A stretch of 64,000 nt of DNA from an uncultured archaeon (GCA_964486045.1 CAZALK010000016.1:1-64000), one strand, 5' to 3'. Counted from the first letter of the stretch, positions 1 to 10,567 are shown. The notes: generated from the letters alone by a model not told the origin. Made by a program: numbers and translations.

Positions 1-100
1 GCTGCTTCAAATGGTAGTGGAGCAGGAAGGAAGCGAAAAACTCATGATTTTTGGCGAAGGCTTCTAACCATTGGATTTCTCTATCTGTTAACTCTTTCAT
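1..100 (-). CDS. Hypothetical protein, 5' part only (runs off window start)
   Basis: Manual translation from ATG at 100: MKELTDREIQWLEAFAKNHEFFASFLLHYHLKQ..., open to the window edge. Confidence 0.55.
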   Translation of the reverse strand, partial: MKELTDREIQWLEAFAKNHEFFASFLLHYHLKQ

Positions 101-238
101 CGGTTAATAAGTAAGAAAGAATGATATTAAATTCTATATGTTGAGATTTCAAACATTCATTATTAGTGTATAGATTAATATAATGAGGTAATTGAGCCGT
201 AAAATATTTAAAAAAAAAAGATTTAGATTTTAGGATGA

Positions 239-1396
239 TTACTTTCGATAAACACCATAAGTTTTGCACGTATCAATCATTGCTTTGAGATTTTCGAGTT
301 TTGCATTATCAGGGATTTCAGATCCGACGAACAATCCACCACCCTCAGCGCATTTATCAATAATTTCTTTAGTTTGCTTTTCAACCATCGCTGGGGTTCC
401 CAAAGTAAATAGGGAGGGCTTTAGGTTTCCTTGGATACACATATGATCACCGAGTATTTCTTTTGCCTTGAAAATATCGGTTCGTTCATCCATATGCATA
501 TAAATTTTTCCTTTGGGCAGTTCCAATAAATAATGTAATCTATCTGTCCAACTGGTATCCATATGAAGCTGTACAATGAATCCATCGTTTACATATCGTG
601 TGACTGCTTTCTTAAAATAAGGCCAAAAGAGCTCCTCAAAATGCTTAATTGAAACAAAGTCAGCACTCCCTCGAACAGCACCTACCAGAATTGTCTTCCC
701 CTTCGTTTTAGAGAGACTATATTCTCCCATAGCGATCAAATTATCGATTAAGAAATCACTAACTGCCTTTATTTTGTCAGGATATCGATAAATGTCTTTC
801 ATGAAATTCGTTGATCCTCTAAATACAGACAAGAGGTCAAAGGGTATGATCATTGCTCCATCAGTAAAAGTGGGTACTTTGTAGTGAGTCCACCACTTTA
901 TAGTATATTCTTCTACTTTTGCTGCGATCTTTGGTTTTTTGATCAAATCACCTATTCCCGCTCTTTTAAAGTTTGCTAACCACAGTAAACCTTCATCAAT
1001 TATTCGGTCATAGTCATTTTCAGTCAATATTGGATTAGCAAGACTCTTCTCCATTAATTGAGGGGATTCGTTAACTCCAAGCATTCGTCCTGGTAATCTC
1101 CAGTCAACATAATATGCTGAAAAGAAATCAGGAAACGGGTTCATATACATCATACACATACCCCCACCTACCATAGAAATGTCATAACCACCTAATTTAT
1201 GGTAGATCCATTCATAGGCATATTGAGATTTATCAGGGTCTTCTACCATCTCTTGAGCGGTGATATCCATATAGTGAGCTGGGAGAAAATCTATCAGGGG
1301 CCACACTGGAACTCTATCAGGTTCTTTTAAACTCATAGCAGTCATTACTCTTTCGACTGAGGTCATTGGTTCTTCTTTAATTGGTTCAAATTCCAA
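239..1396 (-). CDS. Uroporphyrinogen decarboxylase-family (MtaA/CmuA-like) methyltransferase
   Basis: MTSVERV...EPDRVPV N-terminus, HMD metal motif, GNL..C-terminal barrel; follows the corrinoid protein gene. Start probably TTG 1396 behind GGAGG (ORF track starts at 1417). Confidence 0.85.
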   Translation of the reverse strand: MEFEPIKEEPMTSVERVMTAMSLKEPDRVPVWPLIDFLPAHYMDITAQEMVEDPDKSQYAYEWIYHKLGGYDISMVGGGMCMMYMNPFPDFFSAYYVDWRLPGRMLGVNESPQLMEKSLANPILTENDYDRIIDEGLLWLANFKRAGIGDLIKKPKIAAKVEEYTIKWWTHYKVPTFTDGAMIIPFDLLSVFRGSTNFMKDIYRYPDKIKAVSDFLIDNLIAMGEYSLSKTKGKTILVGAVRGSADFVSIKHFEELFWPYFKKAVTRYVNDGFIVQLHMDTSWTDRLHYLLELPKGKIYMHMDERTDIFKAKEILGDHMCIQGNLKPSLFTLGTPAMVEKQTKEIIDKCAEGGGLFVGSEIPDNAKLENLKAMIDTCKTYGVYRK

Positions 1397-1398
1397 AA

Positions 1399-2040
1399 TT
1401 ATCCCTCCTTTAACCATTCTTTGACAATTTTTACGCCTTCAAAGGCATTATCCGTGAAGGCATCAGCGCCAGATTCTTTCATCCACAGCTCATCAATAGG
1501 TAAACCACCAATAATTATTTTAACTTTATCCCTTAGTCCCTCAGCTTTTAAAGCTCCAGTCGTTTCCTTCATAGTTTCCAATGCGACGGTTAATAATCCT
1601 GAATATCCAACAACATCGGCATTTGTTTCTTTCACTTTTTCTACAAAATCTTGAGGAGGAATATCGACACCCAAATCATGTACTTCAAATCCAGCTGATT
1701 GTAACAGCGTAACAAAAATATTTTTACCAATATCGTGAACATCACCTTTTACTGTTCCTACTACTACAACTCCTTTGCTTTCCACTTTAATTTTATCTTT
1801 TTTGAGAGCCGGTTCAAGTATTTTAGCTGAATTTTGAAAAATTTCACCAGCCATAACAAGTTCAGTAAGAAAGTACTCTTTTTTACTAAATTTTTCACCA
1901 ATGACTTCCACAGCTTTACTTAGTATTTCAATAATCTCTTTTGGGTCAACACCATCCTCTACTAATTGTTTTACTAGTTCGTAAGCTTTATCTTCTTCTA
2001 TTTCTACAACGCTTTGGAAAAGACTATCCTTACTACTCAT
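1399..2040 (-). CDS. Corrinoid (B12-binding) methyltransferase protein, MtaC/MtbC-like
   Basis: GTVKGDVHDIGKN (DxHxxG), DLGVD, SGLLT, IIGG motifs. Confidence 0.95.
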   Translation of the reverse strand: MSSKDSLFQSVVEIEEDKAYELVKQLVEDGVDPKEIIEILSKAVEVIGEKFSKKEYFLTELVMAGEIFQNSAKILEPALKKDKIKVESKGVVVVGTVKGDVHDIGKNIFVTLLQSAGFEVHDLGVDIPPQDFVEKVKETNADVVGYSGLLTVALETMKETTGALKAEGLRDKVKIIIGGLPIDELWMKESGADAFTDNAFEGVKIVKEWLKEG

Positions 2041-2195
2041 TTCTTTTTCTTACCTCCTAACCTCTTTTTCAAGAAAGCAAATATTAAGCGACGTAAAGAG
2101 AATTTTTTACCGTTTTTACCCCACAGCACACGACCTATGGCTTCATTCATTTCATCTTCATCAATATACTTAGGTTTATTAGAAAATTCTTCCAA
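2037..2195 (-). CDS. 52-aa small protein, not in ORF track
   Basis: AAGGTG, then TTG start; MEEFSNKPKYIDEDEMNEAIGRVLWGKNGKKFSLRRLIFAFLKKRLGGKKKK; stop overlaps the corrinoid gene start (ATGA). Confidence 0.7.
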   Translation of the reverse strand: MEEFSNKPKYIDEDEMNEAIGRVLWGKNGKKFSLRRLIFAFLKKRLGGKKKK

Positions 2196-2643
2196 ATTTT
2201 TACACCTTTAAAATTCTATTCAAATAAAGTATTGAATCTTATAGTATTTAAATATTAAATGCTCTCGAAATTAAGGAAAACCAATTCTTAATGCTAGCGG
2301 CTCTGGTCAAGTCATAATCCAAAAATTTATTTTTCAATCCAGCTATTTATAATATTTTACAAAATTAGAAAAAACTTTTTTGAAATTTTAATAGTTTAAA
2401 CAACTTTTAAGAAGATTATCTTCTTTGATTAATTTGCTTGTAGATTTTTTCTATTCTTTAAAATAATATTTTCCTTCAATTCATGGGACAAAAAGAAATA
2501 TAATCAAATAATTTTATAAATTTATAATTTTTCATTAATTTCCGCGAAAAGAAGGACAATCTGGTTAATAAATCACAATACATTTAAATATCAATCTTAC
2601 TATTTGATTTCATGTATCAAATTTTTACAAATTTGGCGTAGTT

Positions 2644-2736
2644 ATGAAAAATTTGAGAAAAGGGTTGTGGGTAGTTATTTTCAGTTTAGGGGTTGTTTTT
2701 TCATTTATGAGACTATTAAATAAAGGAGTTAGATAA
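2644..2736 (+). CDS. Putative 30-aa single-TM microprotein
   Basis: MKNLRKGLWVVIFSLGVVFSFMRLLNKGVR, ends 17 nt before the GTPase gene. Confidence 0.35.
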   Translation: MKNLRKGLWVVIFSLGVVFSFMRLLNKGVR

Positions 2737-2753
2737 GACTAAAAACGATTAAA

Positions 2754-3302
2754 ATGTATGAATTCATATTCAAAATAGTTATTTTCGGTGAAGTTGGGTG
2801 TGGTAAAACGTCTTTAAGAAAGAGGTTTATGACCAATGTGTTTAAATCCGATTGTCGTAGAACAATAGGGGTTGACTTCGATACTAAGCTTCTAGAGTTA
2901 GATGGAAAAGAAGTAAAATTAATGATCTGGGATTTTGGGGGGGAGGAAAGGTTTCGTTTTATGTTTCCTCAATATATTTATGGTGCGATGGGGGGATTTT
3001 TAATTTATGATATATCAGAGTATTCTTCCTTTTCTCGTATGAGTAATTGGTTATCATTAATGCATGGAACGGGGCAAAATTTTCCTGTTATCTTACTTGG
3101 GGGTAAATCTGATTTAGACTTTATTAGAGAAATTTCCAAGAAAGAAGGGAAAAAATTTACTAAATCGATGAATATGAATGGATTTATTGAATGCTCTAGC
3201 AAAACCGGTGAAAATGTTCATGAAGCATTCGCAACATTAACACGGATTATGATAGATAGAATGGCAATCATGAAAACCGAACTTCCAAGTATTAGTGTAT
3301 AA
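2754..3302 (+). CDS. Rab-like small GTPase (Ras superfamily)
   Basis: G1 GEVGCGKT, TIGVDF, G3 WDFGGEERF, G4 GGKSD, G5 ECSSK. Confidence 0.95.
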   Translation: MYEFIFKIVIFGEVGCGKTSLRKRFMTNVFKSDCRRTIGVDFDTKLLELDGKEVKLMIWDFGGEERFRFMFPQYIYGAMGGFLIYDISEYSSFSRMSNWLSLMHGTGQNFPVILLGGKSDLDFIREISKKEGKKFTKSMNMNGFIECSSKTGENVHEAFATLTRIMIDRMAIMKTELPSISV

Positions 3303-3337
3303 CAAATTCTTTAAGCTAAATCATATCTATGTTATAT

Positions 3338-5140
3338 CTAACCAATATTGCCCATTTCTTCGATATATTTAAGCGACTGGTGCCTAAAGTAAGTATCATA
3401 AAGTTCGGCATAAGTCCCTCCTTGCTTCATTAGTTCATCATGGTTTCCTTGTTCTATAATTTTACCGTGGTCAATAACTACAATTCGATCGACATGTCGT
3501 ACGGTCCATAACCGATGAGCAATAATAATTGAAGTACGGCCTTGCATGGTTTTTTCCATTGCTTCTTGTATTTGTGTTTCAGTAAAGGGATCAATTGAAG
3601 CAGTTGCTTCATCTAATATGAGAATGGATGGATCTTGTAGTAAAACACGGGCAAAAACGACAAGTTGTCTCTGACCCATAGAGAGAAATACCCCCCTTTC
3701 TCCAACATTTGTTTGAAGCCCGTTAGGTAGTTTTTGAGTCCAATCTAAACCACTTGTTCTTTCTAACGCAACAGTAACGTCATCGCAACCAACATCGTCG
3801 CACCCATAACTGATGTTATTTTCAATGGTATCTGACCATAAAAAGGGAGTCTGCGGGATAAGTCCAATTTGCCCTCTGTATTTTTTTAAATCATAGTCTC
3901 GAATACTTATTCCATCAACCTTGATATCTCCTTCTTGAAATTCGTAAAATCGAGCTATAAGATTAGCAATACTAGATTTTCCAGCACCTGTGTGACCAAC
4001 TAAAGCAATTGATTCCCCAGGCTGTATCTTCAGTGAAAAATTATCAAAAACTTTCTTATTCTCATCATATTGAAATACTAAATTCTTAAATTCAATTTCT
4101 CCCCGCAATTTTGATGGTTCTATATTATCAGTTTGAACAACAACGGGAGGGTTATCAATTACGGCAAAAATTCTCTCAGAGGCGGATAAACCAGATTGGA
4201 ATTGCGGCCAAAATGTAGAAATAGTGAGTAAAGGAAAAAAAAGAAAGGTCAAACTTTGGAAGAAAAAATTGAATTCTCCAACGTTAAACACTCCTAGAAT
4301 TAAAAAGCTACCTCCATAATAGACTAACATTGCAAATATGATTCCTTGGACAATCGATAAAGTGGGGAAAATAGCATTTAAAATTAGTGCTCTCTTTAAA
4401 TTTACTTTGTAGGATTGAATATTAACCATTTCGAATTCTTTGAACAATTTAGACTCTTGTCTAAATGTCTTCGCGATTTGAATACCAGAAAAGCTCTCTT
4501 TAACAAAAGCGTTTACAGAAGCTAAGGAGCGTTGCCCCAAAAGAGTCATTTTCCTTGCATATTTCCTATAAGACATAGCAATGATGAAAAAAAGTGGAAT
4601 TATAATTAATATTACCAGAGTTAGCATTACATTGATTAGAAACAAAATAACTGTTATAACGATCATAATTATAAAACTCGATGCCACCTCTATTGTTAAA
4701 TCAACTGTTTGGGCAAAATCACGACTGTCGGTATTGATTCGGCTTACAATCTTCCCTATAGGATTTTTATCGAAAAAGGATAGGTCGTGTTTTAAAACTG
4801 AGTTAGTAGCATCTCTCCTTAAATCTAACTCTACATTTGCTAATGCTTTAGCTGTGTTTATATACCTGAAGTAATTAAAAACAAATGATAGAATATTTAG
4901 GAAAAAAATCAACCCAATAATAAGTATAAAGCCAATTAAGTTTGGATTAGTGGCAAGATTATTGATCGCGATAGAAGTGAATAATGGGACAACGGAATTT
5001 GACAGAGAAGAGAGAATTAAGAGTATAACTACGAATGTCATATATTTCTTGTAAGGTCTGAAATATACAAAAATTCTTTTTAGCAATTTTCTATCTTTGA
5101 TCTCTCGATCATACTCTTCGGCTTCAAGTCCTACCCACAT
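3338..5140 (-). CDS. ABC exporter fused permease/ATPase, heterodimer subunit B
   Basis: TM domain plus GHTGAGKS, LSMGQRQ, ILILDEATA. Confidence 0.95.
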   Translation of the reverse strand: MWVGLEAEEYDREIKDRKLLKRIFVYFRPYKKYMTFVVILLILSSLSNSVVPLFTSIAINNLATNPNLIGFILIIGLIFFLNILSFVFNYFRYINTAKALANVELDLRRDATNSVLKHDLSFFDKNPIGKIVSRINTDSRDFAQTVDLTIEVASSFIIMIVITVILFLINVMLTLVILIIIPLFFIIAMSYRKYARKMTLLGQRSLASVNAFVKESFSGIQIAKTFRQESKLFKEFEMVNIQSYKVNLKRALILNAIFPTLSIVQGIIFAMLVYYGGSFLILGVFNVGEFNFFFQSLTFLFFPLLTISTFWPQFQSGLSASERIFAVIDNPPVVVQTDNIEPSKLRGEIEFKNLVFQYDENKKVFDNFSLKIQPGESIALVGHTGAGKSSIANLIARFYEFQEGDIKVDGISIRDYDLKKYRGQIGLIPQTPFLWSDTIENNISYGCDDVGCDDVTVALERTSGLDWTQKLPNGLQTNVGERGVFLSMGQRQLVVFARVLLQDPSILILDEATASIDPFTETQIQEAMEKTMQGRTSIIIAHRLWTVRHVDRIVVIDHGKIIEQGNHDELMKQGGTYAELYDTYFRHQSLKYIEEMGNIG

Positions 5141-5141
5141 T

Positions 5142-6974
5142 TTATGCCACTCCTTTCTTTAATTCTTGTTCATCAAGGTCAAACTTCTTAACAAATATTT
5201 TTCTATATTCTTCTGAGGTTCTAAGAAGAGTTTGGTGATTTCCTTTTGCTTCAATTTTACCATCTTTTAACACAAGAATCAAATCTGCCCATCTAATTTG
5301 ACTTAATCTGTGAGTAATTAAAAATGTGGTTCTATTCCGCAAAATATTTTTAATGGCATATTGTATTTTATCTTCGGTTTTTGAATCAATAGCAGAAGTA
5401 GAGTCATCTAATATAAGAATTTTAGGATCTGCGAGGAATGCTCGAGCAATTGCTATCCTTTGTCTTTCACCTCCGCTCAATAGAACTCCTCTCTCTCCAA
5501 TTTTAGAATCGTAACCATCCTGTAATTCACTTACGAATTCATGAGCTTGAGCTTGCATTGCTGCTTCAATTACTTTTTCTCTAGATCCAGTTTTTCCAAA
5601 AGTAATATTCTCAAAAATTGAGAAGGAGAATAAGAAGATATCTTGTTCGATATATGAAATTTGAGCTCTAAGAGACTCCAAAGCAAAATCCCTGATATTT
5701 TGATTATCAACAAGTATCTTCCCTTCAGATACATCATATAATCTTGAAATTAGTTTGGTTAGTGTTGTCTTACCTGAGCCCGTAGTTCCCACAATAGCTA
5801 CGGTTTGACCGGGTTTAACCTCAAAAGTAAGATCTTTCAAAATGAAGTTTGAAGTTCCAGGATAACTGAAGGATACATTTTCGAATTTGAGTGAGCCTTG
5901 TAATTCTTTCTTGATTCCATGAGGATTTTCATCAATTTCTGTTTCTTGATTCATCAGCTCAAGTAATCGTTGGGCGCTACTTCCGGCCAATTTAATAATA
6001 GCAAACACAAAAATTGAGATAAAAGTAGAGAAGGATAGTAAATTTAATAATCCAATATAAGAAATCACTTGTCCAATATTCATAATACCTAAATTAAATA
6101 ATATAAGGGAATGTGCTAAGCCTGTAGTTATAGTTAGACTCAAGAATAAAATTGGCATATATTTAGCTTGAATTTTTCCTTGAGATAAATACGCATCCCT
6201 ATAATTTTTAGCATAAACAAGATATTTATTAAGTTCATATGTTTCTTGAGTTGAAGATTTCACTACTTCGATACCAGAAAGAGCCTCATTTAAAGTGGCA
6301 TTTATCATGCCGAAATTCATCCTCAATTTTCCTGTCACTGGTGATAATTTCTTGGTATACCTTTTCAATGAGATGAGAAAAAGAACTAAAAAAATTACTG
6401 GTTCTAAAATTAATTGGACAGGATAAAACAATAAAATGAAAACAAGTGGGATAAGAAGTGTCGTAAAAGATTCAAAAATAAGAGACACAGCAGGGCTAAT
6501 AAGAAAATTTAACATTCTTACGTCATCTGTTGCCCTCGCCATAAGATCACCAATTTGTTGTTTATCATGAAAAGATTGACTTTTACCTAATAGAATCCCA
6601 TAGAATTCTTTTCTTGTATTACGTTCAAGCCTTTGTGCTAAAACTTCTCTCAAGCTAAAATTTAAAAGTCTTAATATGGGGGCTATTAAACCAAGAATTA
6701 AAATTGTCATTGTGTAAAAGATAAGACTTTCAATATCAGCATTTAAAAATTCCACAACAGCAAAACCAACGATAACAGAAATACTTGACGCTAAAATTGA
6801 GGCAAGAATAGTAGTAAAAAAAACTACCAAAATGAATATCTTATTAGATTTATGGAAAATGTGAGTAAGAATCCATCTTCGGACTCCCTTTTTCCGAGCC
6901 TTTTCAAAATAATCTCTCCCCGGAGAGAATTCTATAAGTTGGTTGGATTTTTTAATGTATTTTTGTTCTGGCAA
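5142..6974 (-). CDS. ABC exporter fused permease/ATPase, heterodimer subunit A
   Basis: GTTGSGKT, LSGGERQ, LILDDSTS (degenerate Walker B typical of heterodimeric exporters). Confidence 0.95.
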   Translation of the reverse strand: MPEQKYIKKSNQLIEFSPGRDYFEKARKKGVRRWILTHIFHKSNKIFILVVFFTTILASILASSISVIVGFAVVEFLNADIESLIFYTMTILILGLIAPILRLLNFSLREVLAQRLERNTRKEFYGILLGKSQSFHDKQQIGDLMARATDDVRMLNFLISPAVSLIFESFTTLLIPLVFILLFYPVQLILEPVIFLVLFLISLKRYTKKLSPVTGKLRMNFGMINATLNEALSGIEVVKSSTQETYELNKYLVYAKNYRDAYLSQGKIQAKYMPILFLSLTITTGLAHSLILFNLGIMNIGQVISYIGLLNLLSFSTFISIFVFAIIKLAGSSAQRLLELMNQETEIDENPHGIKKELQGSLKFENVSFSYPGTSNFILKDLTFEVKPGQTVAIVGTTGSGKTTLTKLISRLYDVSEGKILVDNQNIRDFALESLRAQISYIEQDIFLFSFSIFENITFGKTGSREKVIEAAMQAQAHEFVSELQDGYDSKIGERGVLLSGGERQRIAIARAFLADPKILILDDSTSAIDSKTEDKIQYAIKNILRNRTTFLITHRLSQIRWADLILVLKDGKIEAKGNHQTLLRTSEEYRKIFVKKFDLDEQELKKGVA

Positions 6975-7162
6975 TTAAAGATCCTCGTTTATCTAAATAT
7001 GAATGAAATTCTTTCATTATTTTTGTGATCTAATATAAGAAAATTTGATAACTAATAGATTTTATATCTTTAGATTAAAAATTACATTTAAAGAATTATA
7101 AGATAATTTTAAGTTCTTGTTGTATTTTTTTTGATTATGTTTCTTCTATTTTTAGATGATCT

Positions 7163-7795
7163 CTAATCTTTTTTGTGAAGAAATTCCTCCGATCGCTCAT
7201 AAATATATTCGAAATCCTCACACGCATCTCCACTTAAGGTAGTTGTTTTCTTATGAGCATGACAATATCCATTTTCCTGAAAAATACACTTACCACACTT
7301 CCTGTTGGCTTTTAAGGAGCTTCCGCGCTTCAAGTCATCTGAACGACGCCCCGCTTTCTTCGCACCAAGTCCGCTATAAATGGGCTCAAACGACTTGCAT
7401 ATATCCCTCTTGCCTACTTTTCGCTCGTTGTGCGTACAAAATAGATTAGCACTCATTAGTTGAGTGCATTTGGAACAATTATAATATTTTGAGTCCAGCT
7501 TGTTTTGTATCATCTTCAAGATTATGGGTGATTGACCAGAGCCTCCACTCCTATGTTGGCTCTTCGGGGTATCCTTTATCTTAGAATATAGCACCACTGC
7601 TTCGGGAGGATCCCAAGAGATAGACTTCACCTTAGATTTTCTCGATTTATTCTTTTTTGGGATTATAGTATACCCTATGTTGCTTGTCTGAGCTTCTAAT
7701 TGTCGTTTATATCCGCACCCGCACGCTAAATACTCCATACCATCGATAATCCTTTTTCGGAGAAGATTACTGCAATCAGGACAAAAATCTAACAT
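7163..7795 (-). CDS. Multi-zinc-finger protein with RpoM/TFS-like N-terminal ribbon
   Basis: MLDFCPDCSNLL...ACGCGY plus two internal CxxC..C..C-x2-FE Cys/His repeats. Confidence 0.65.
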   Translation of the reverse strand: MLDFCPDCSNLLRKRIIDGMEYLACGCGYKRQLEAQTSNIGYTIIPKKNKSRKSKVKSISWDPPEAVVLYSKIKDTPKSQHRSGGSGQSPIILKMIQNKLDSKYYNCSKCTQLMSANLFCTHNERKVGKRDICKSFEPIYSGLGAKKAGRRSDDLKRGSSLKANRKCGKCIFQENGYCHAHKKTTTLSGDACEDFEYIYERSEEFLHKKD

Positions 7796-7991
7796 AATTT
7801 TTTTATTTAAATATCCATGGGTTATTTTTTAACTCTTAATAATAAATGTTCATTGTCATTTCAAAATAAACTTATTGAATGCTTAGAATAGAGGTCAATC
7901 TCCCAAATTTTAATTTTTTTCTCACCCTTATGCTAAGCAAATTCTAAAAATTGTAAGCACATTTAAATTCCTAATTTTCCATGAGTATATC

Positions 7992-8255
7992 ATGACAATA
8001 GTAAATATTAGCAATCATGGACGAATTACAATCCCATCAGTAATACGGAAGAAATATGGATGGAAAGATGGTGATAAGGTAATAATAATTGACCATCCTT
8101 TAGAAGGAATTAAAATTTTACCTCATCTTTCAGAGAAGAAAATGCAATTAGTTGTAGATGAGGAAACAGGTATCAAGATCGCTAAGGAAATCTCTAAAGA
8201 ACGAAGAAAAGAAATAGAAAATGAGAAAGATAGATTATATCAGGGGAAATTTTAA
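7992..8255 (+). CDS. vapB: AbrB/MazE/SpoVT-family antitoxin
   Basis: ISNHGRITIPSVIRKKYGWKDGD motif; TAATG overlap with PIN gene. Confidence 0.85.
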   Translation: MTIVNISNHGRITIPSVIRKKYGWKDGDKVIIIDHPLEGIKILPHLSEKKMQLVVDEETGIKIAKEISKERRKEIENEKDRLYQGKF

Positions 8256-8656
8256 TGAAGAGTACTATCTTTCTTGATTCAGGAGTTATTAGTTTATACC
8301 AAAGTAATCATAAAGAAGTACTCAGAGAGATTAAAACTATGAAAAAAAATCAGTACAACTTTGTATCTTCAGAAGTAAATTATATTGAACTGTTTAATCA
8401 TTTATGTAGGGAAAAAGGAAAAATTAACGCTCAAATCATAATGGAAAATCTCCGTCAAGGTAGTATAATTAAGTTTATGCCTATTAGCGAAAAAATATCA
8501 ATACTGGCTGGAGAACTTAAGTGTAAACTTAAATCCCTATCGATAGTAGATGCTATAATAATTGCTGAAGCATTAGCTCGTAATATAATTATCTATACTA
8601 CGGAAACTCATTTTAGTGAAATAGAAAACCTTAAGGTAAAGAAAATTGATTTTTAA
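8255..8656 (+). CDS. vapC: PIN-domain (VapC-like) ribonuclease toxin
   Basis: FLDSG, E in NYIEL, LSIVDAII, TTETHF. Confidence 0.85.
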   Translation: MKSTIFLDSGVISLYQSNHKEVLREIKTMKKNQYNFVSSEVNYIELFNHLCREKGKINAQIIMENLRQGSIIKFMPISEKISILAGELKCKLKSLSIVDAIIIAEALARNIIIYTTETHFSEIENLKVKKIDF

Positions 8657-8666
8657 TTTTATTAGA

Positions 8667-9251
8667 TTATCGGCTCATGACGTCTCCATAATAATCCAAA
8701 TCTGCCTCTTTGAATGCCTCAGTAATTGATGTTAAGAAATGTCGATAAGAATCTTTCGTTTTCAGATTTTTCTGGCTGTTGGTTGATAGAGACCATGCAA
8801 TACTTTTTATCCTCCTAAGATGATTGGAATTGGGATAGACAGGGTATTCTAGTGCGTTGTCAAATCTTACAGTACTAATATAGCTATAAATTATTTCTGC
8901 TATTCGAACTAGCTCCTCATAATCCGGTGATTTAGAAAGACCATATTTCATCAAGGCAGATTTCAAAATACCTTCAAAGTATTGTATTTCACCTAAGCGT
9001 TTTTGAATTATAAAAACATCTTTATTCTTGTACAAAACTTGCATACATAAAAGATCTTTGATATAAATATTATTTTGAATGCAAAGCTCTGCTATTTTAT
9101 TAACTAAATCCCCGTCTCTAACTTTTTCCCAAGTACTCGTTTTTAAATCATACCTAACACTAAGTCCAATTCTATTTTTTGCAATATCTACTAAATCTTT
9201 TCTTGATATTTTCTCTAAACGTTTTACTAAATTTTTTCTTTCTATCGGCAT
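8667..9251 (-). CDS. Hypothetical protein
   Basis: 194-aa ORF, no recognised motif. Confidence 0.6.
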   Translation of the reverse strand: MPIERKNLVKRLEKISRKDLVDIAKNRIGLSVRYDLKTSTWEKVRDGDLVNKIAELCIQNNIYIKDLLCMQVLYKNKDVFIIQKRLGEIQYFEGILKSALMKYGLSKSPDYEELVRIAEIIYSYISTVRFDNALEYPVYPNSNHLRRIKSIAWSLSTNSQKNLKTKDSYRHFLTSITEAFKEADLDYYGDVMSR

Positions 9252-9532
9252 TTTACTTTAATCTTTGACATAAAAATGTTTTGCACTTTATAAAATTGCA
9301 TAATCAAATGATTTAGCATTGTTTTACACAAGTTTACATCATATGTTAGAAGATGTATATCCCATTGATAGATTTAGATATAAAATTAAAATTTAAAAGA
9401 AATAGTTAATATCTTATCTAAATTAGTGTTTATCGGTGTTCTAATGTTTGTCCGATGGTAAATTTTTTCAAAAACTTTTTTTAGTATTATTCTCACAGTA
9501 TTAGGTAGTGCTCACATCAAAGTTGATGAAAA

Positions 9533-10567
9533 ATGGTTAATTCACATAATAAGGTTATGAGTTTAAAACAGGCCATTCGCAATAATGTAAAAGATGGCGA
9601 TGAATTAGTATTGGGGAATTATTCGCTATCAATGTGCGTTGCATTAGCATCGGAAGTAATCAGGCAAAAAAAGAAGCACCTAACTGTTCATTCTCAATCC
9701 AGTCATATAGATCTTGAATATTTAGCCGCAGGGGGTTGTATAGATAAAATCATCACAAATTATATTTCTGTAATTGGGGGAACGGGTAATGTGATCCGCA
9801 AGATGAAAAGTGGAGAAATTGAAGTAGAAGAATACACAAATTTCCATTTTAATGCTCGCCTTCAGGCTGGGATGTACGGATTTTCTTTCATGCCTGTGTT
9901 GGAAGGTGCTATTGATACAGATCTCTTCAGAAAAAGGACCTTTCTAGGAGAAAATAAATTTAAAGTTATTCAATGCCCCTATACGGGAAAAGACATTCTT
10001 ACGGTACCCGCTGCGAATCCCGATGTATGCATAGTACACGTACAAAGAGCGGATAAGTACGGAAATGTTCAATATTGGGGAGCAATGGGAAGCGTTCAAG
10101 CTGCTGCGCTTGCAAGCAAAAAAATAGTCGTATCATGTGAAGAGATTGTTGACCATGAAATCATTCAGTCAAGTCCCCATCATACAATCATTCCAGCATA
10201 TAGAACTAACGCAGTCGTCGAAGCTGAGTTTGGAGCTCATCCGACACCAGTAGTAGGATATTATAGAGATGATGCTTTTTTCATGAATTGGGGTTTCGGA
10301 TTAATGATGTCAGACGAAGGAATAAAAAGATGGTTAGATGAATGGGTATATGAGTGTGAAGATCATAATGCTTTTATTCAAAAATATGGAGAATATTATG
10401 GAAAGGATACGTTAAACTCGCTTAGGTGCAAACCATTTCATTCAGCTCCAGTAAATTACGGAGATCCTCACCCAAGTTGGGATAGTAATGGTGTACATAC
10501 AACTTTGGGAATTAAATACGAAGATATTGAAAAAATTATGGAAAAGGAGGGAATTTTTCATGGGTAA
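9533..10567 (+). CDS. Family I CoA-transferase, subunit A (GctA-like)
   Basis: KVMSLKQAI, PAANPDVCIVHVQRADKYGN, SCEEIV, GAHPT. Confidence 0.9.
   Translation: MVNSHNKVMSLKQAIRNNVKDGDELVLGNYSLSMCVALASEVIRQKKKHLTVHSQSSHIDLEYLAAGGCIDKIITNYISVIGGTGNVIRKMKSGEIEVEEYTNFHFNARLQAGMYGFSFMPVLEGAIDTDLFRKRTFLGENKFKVIQCPYTGKDILTVPAANPDVCIVHVQRADKYGNVQYWGAMGSVQAAALASKKIVVSCEEIVDHEIIQSSPHHTIIPAYRTNAVVEAEFGAHPTPVVGYYRDDAFFMNWGFGLMMSDEGIKRWLDEWVYECEDHNAFIQKYGEYYGKDTLNSLRCKPFHSAPVNYGDPHPSWDSNGVHTTLGIKYEDIEKIMEKEGIFHG

Noticed and set aside
7163-9251. Integrated mobile element or provirus around vapBC
   Set aside because: No integrase, transposase, att-like repeats or viral genes seen
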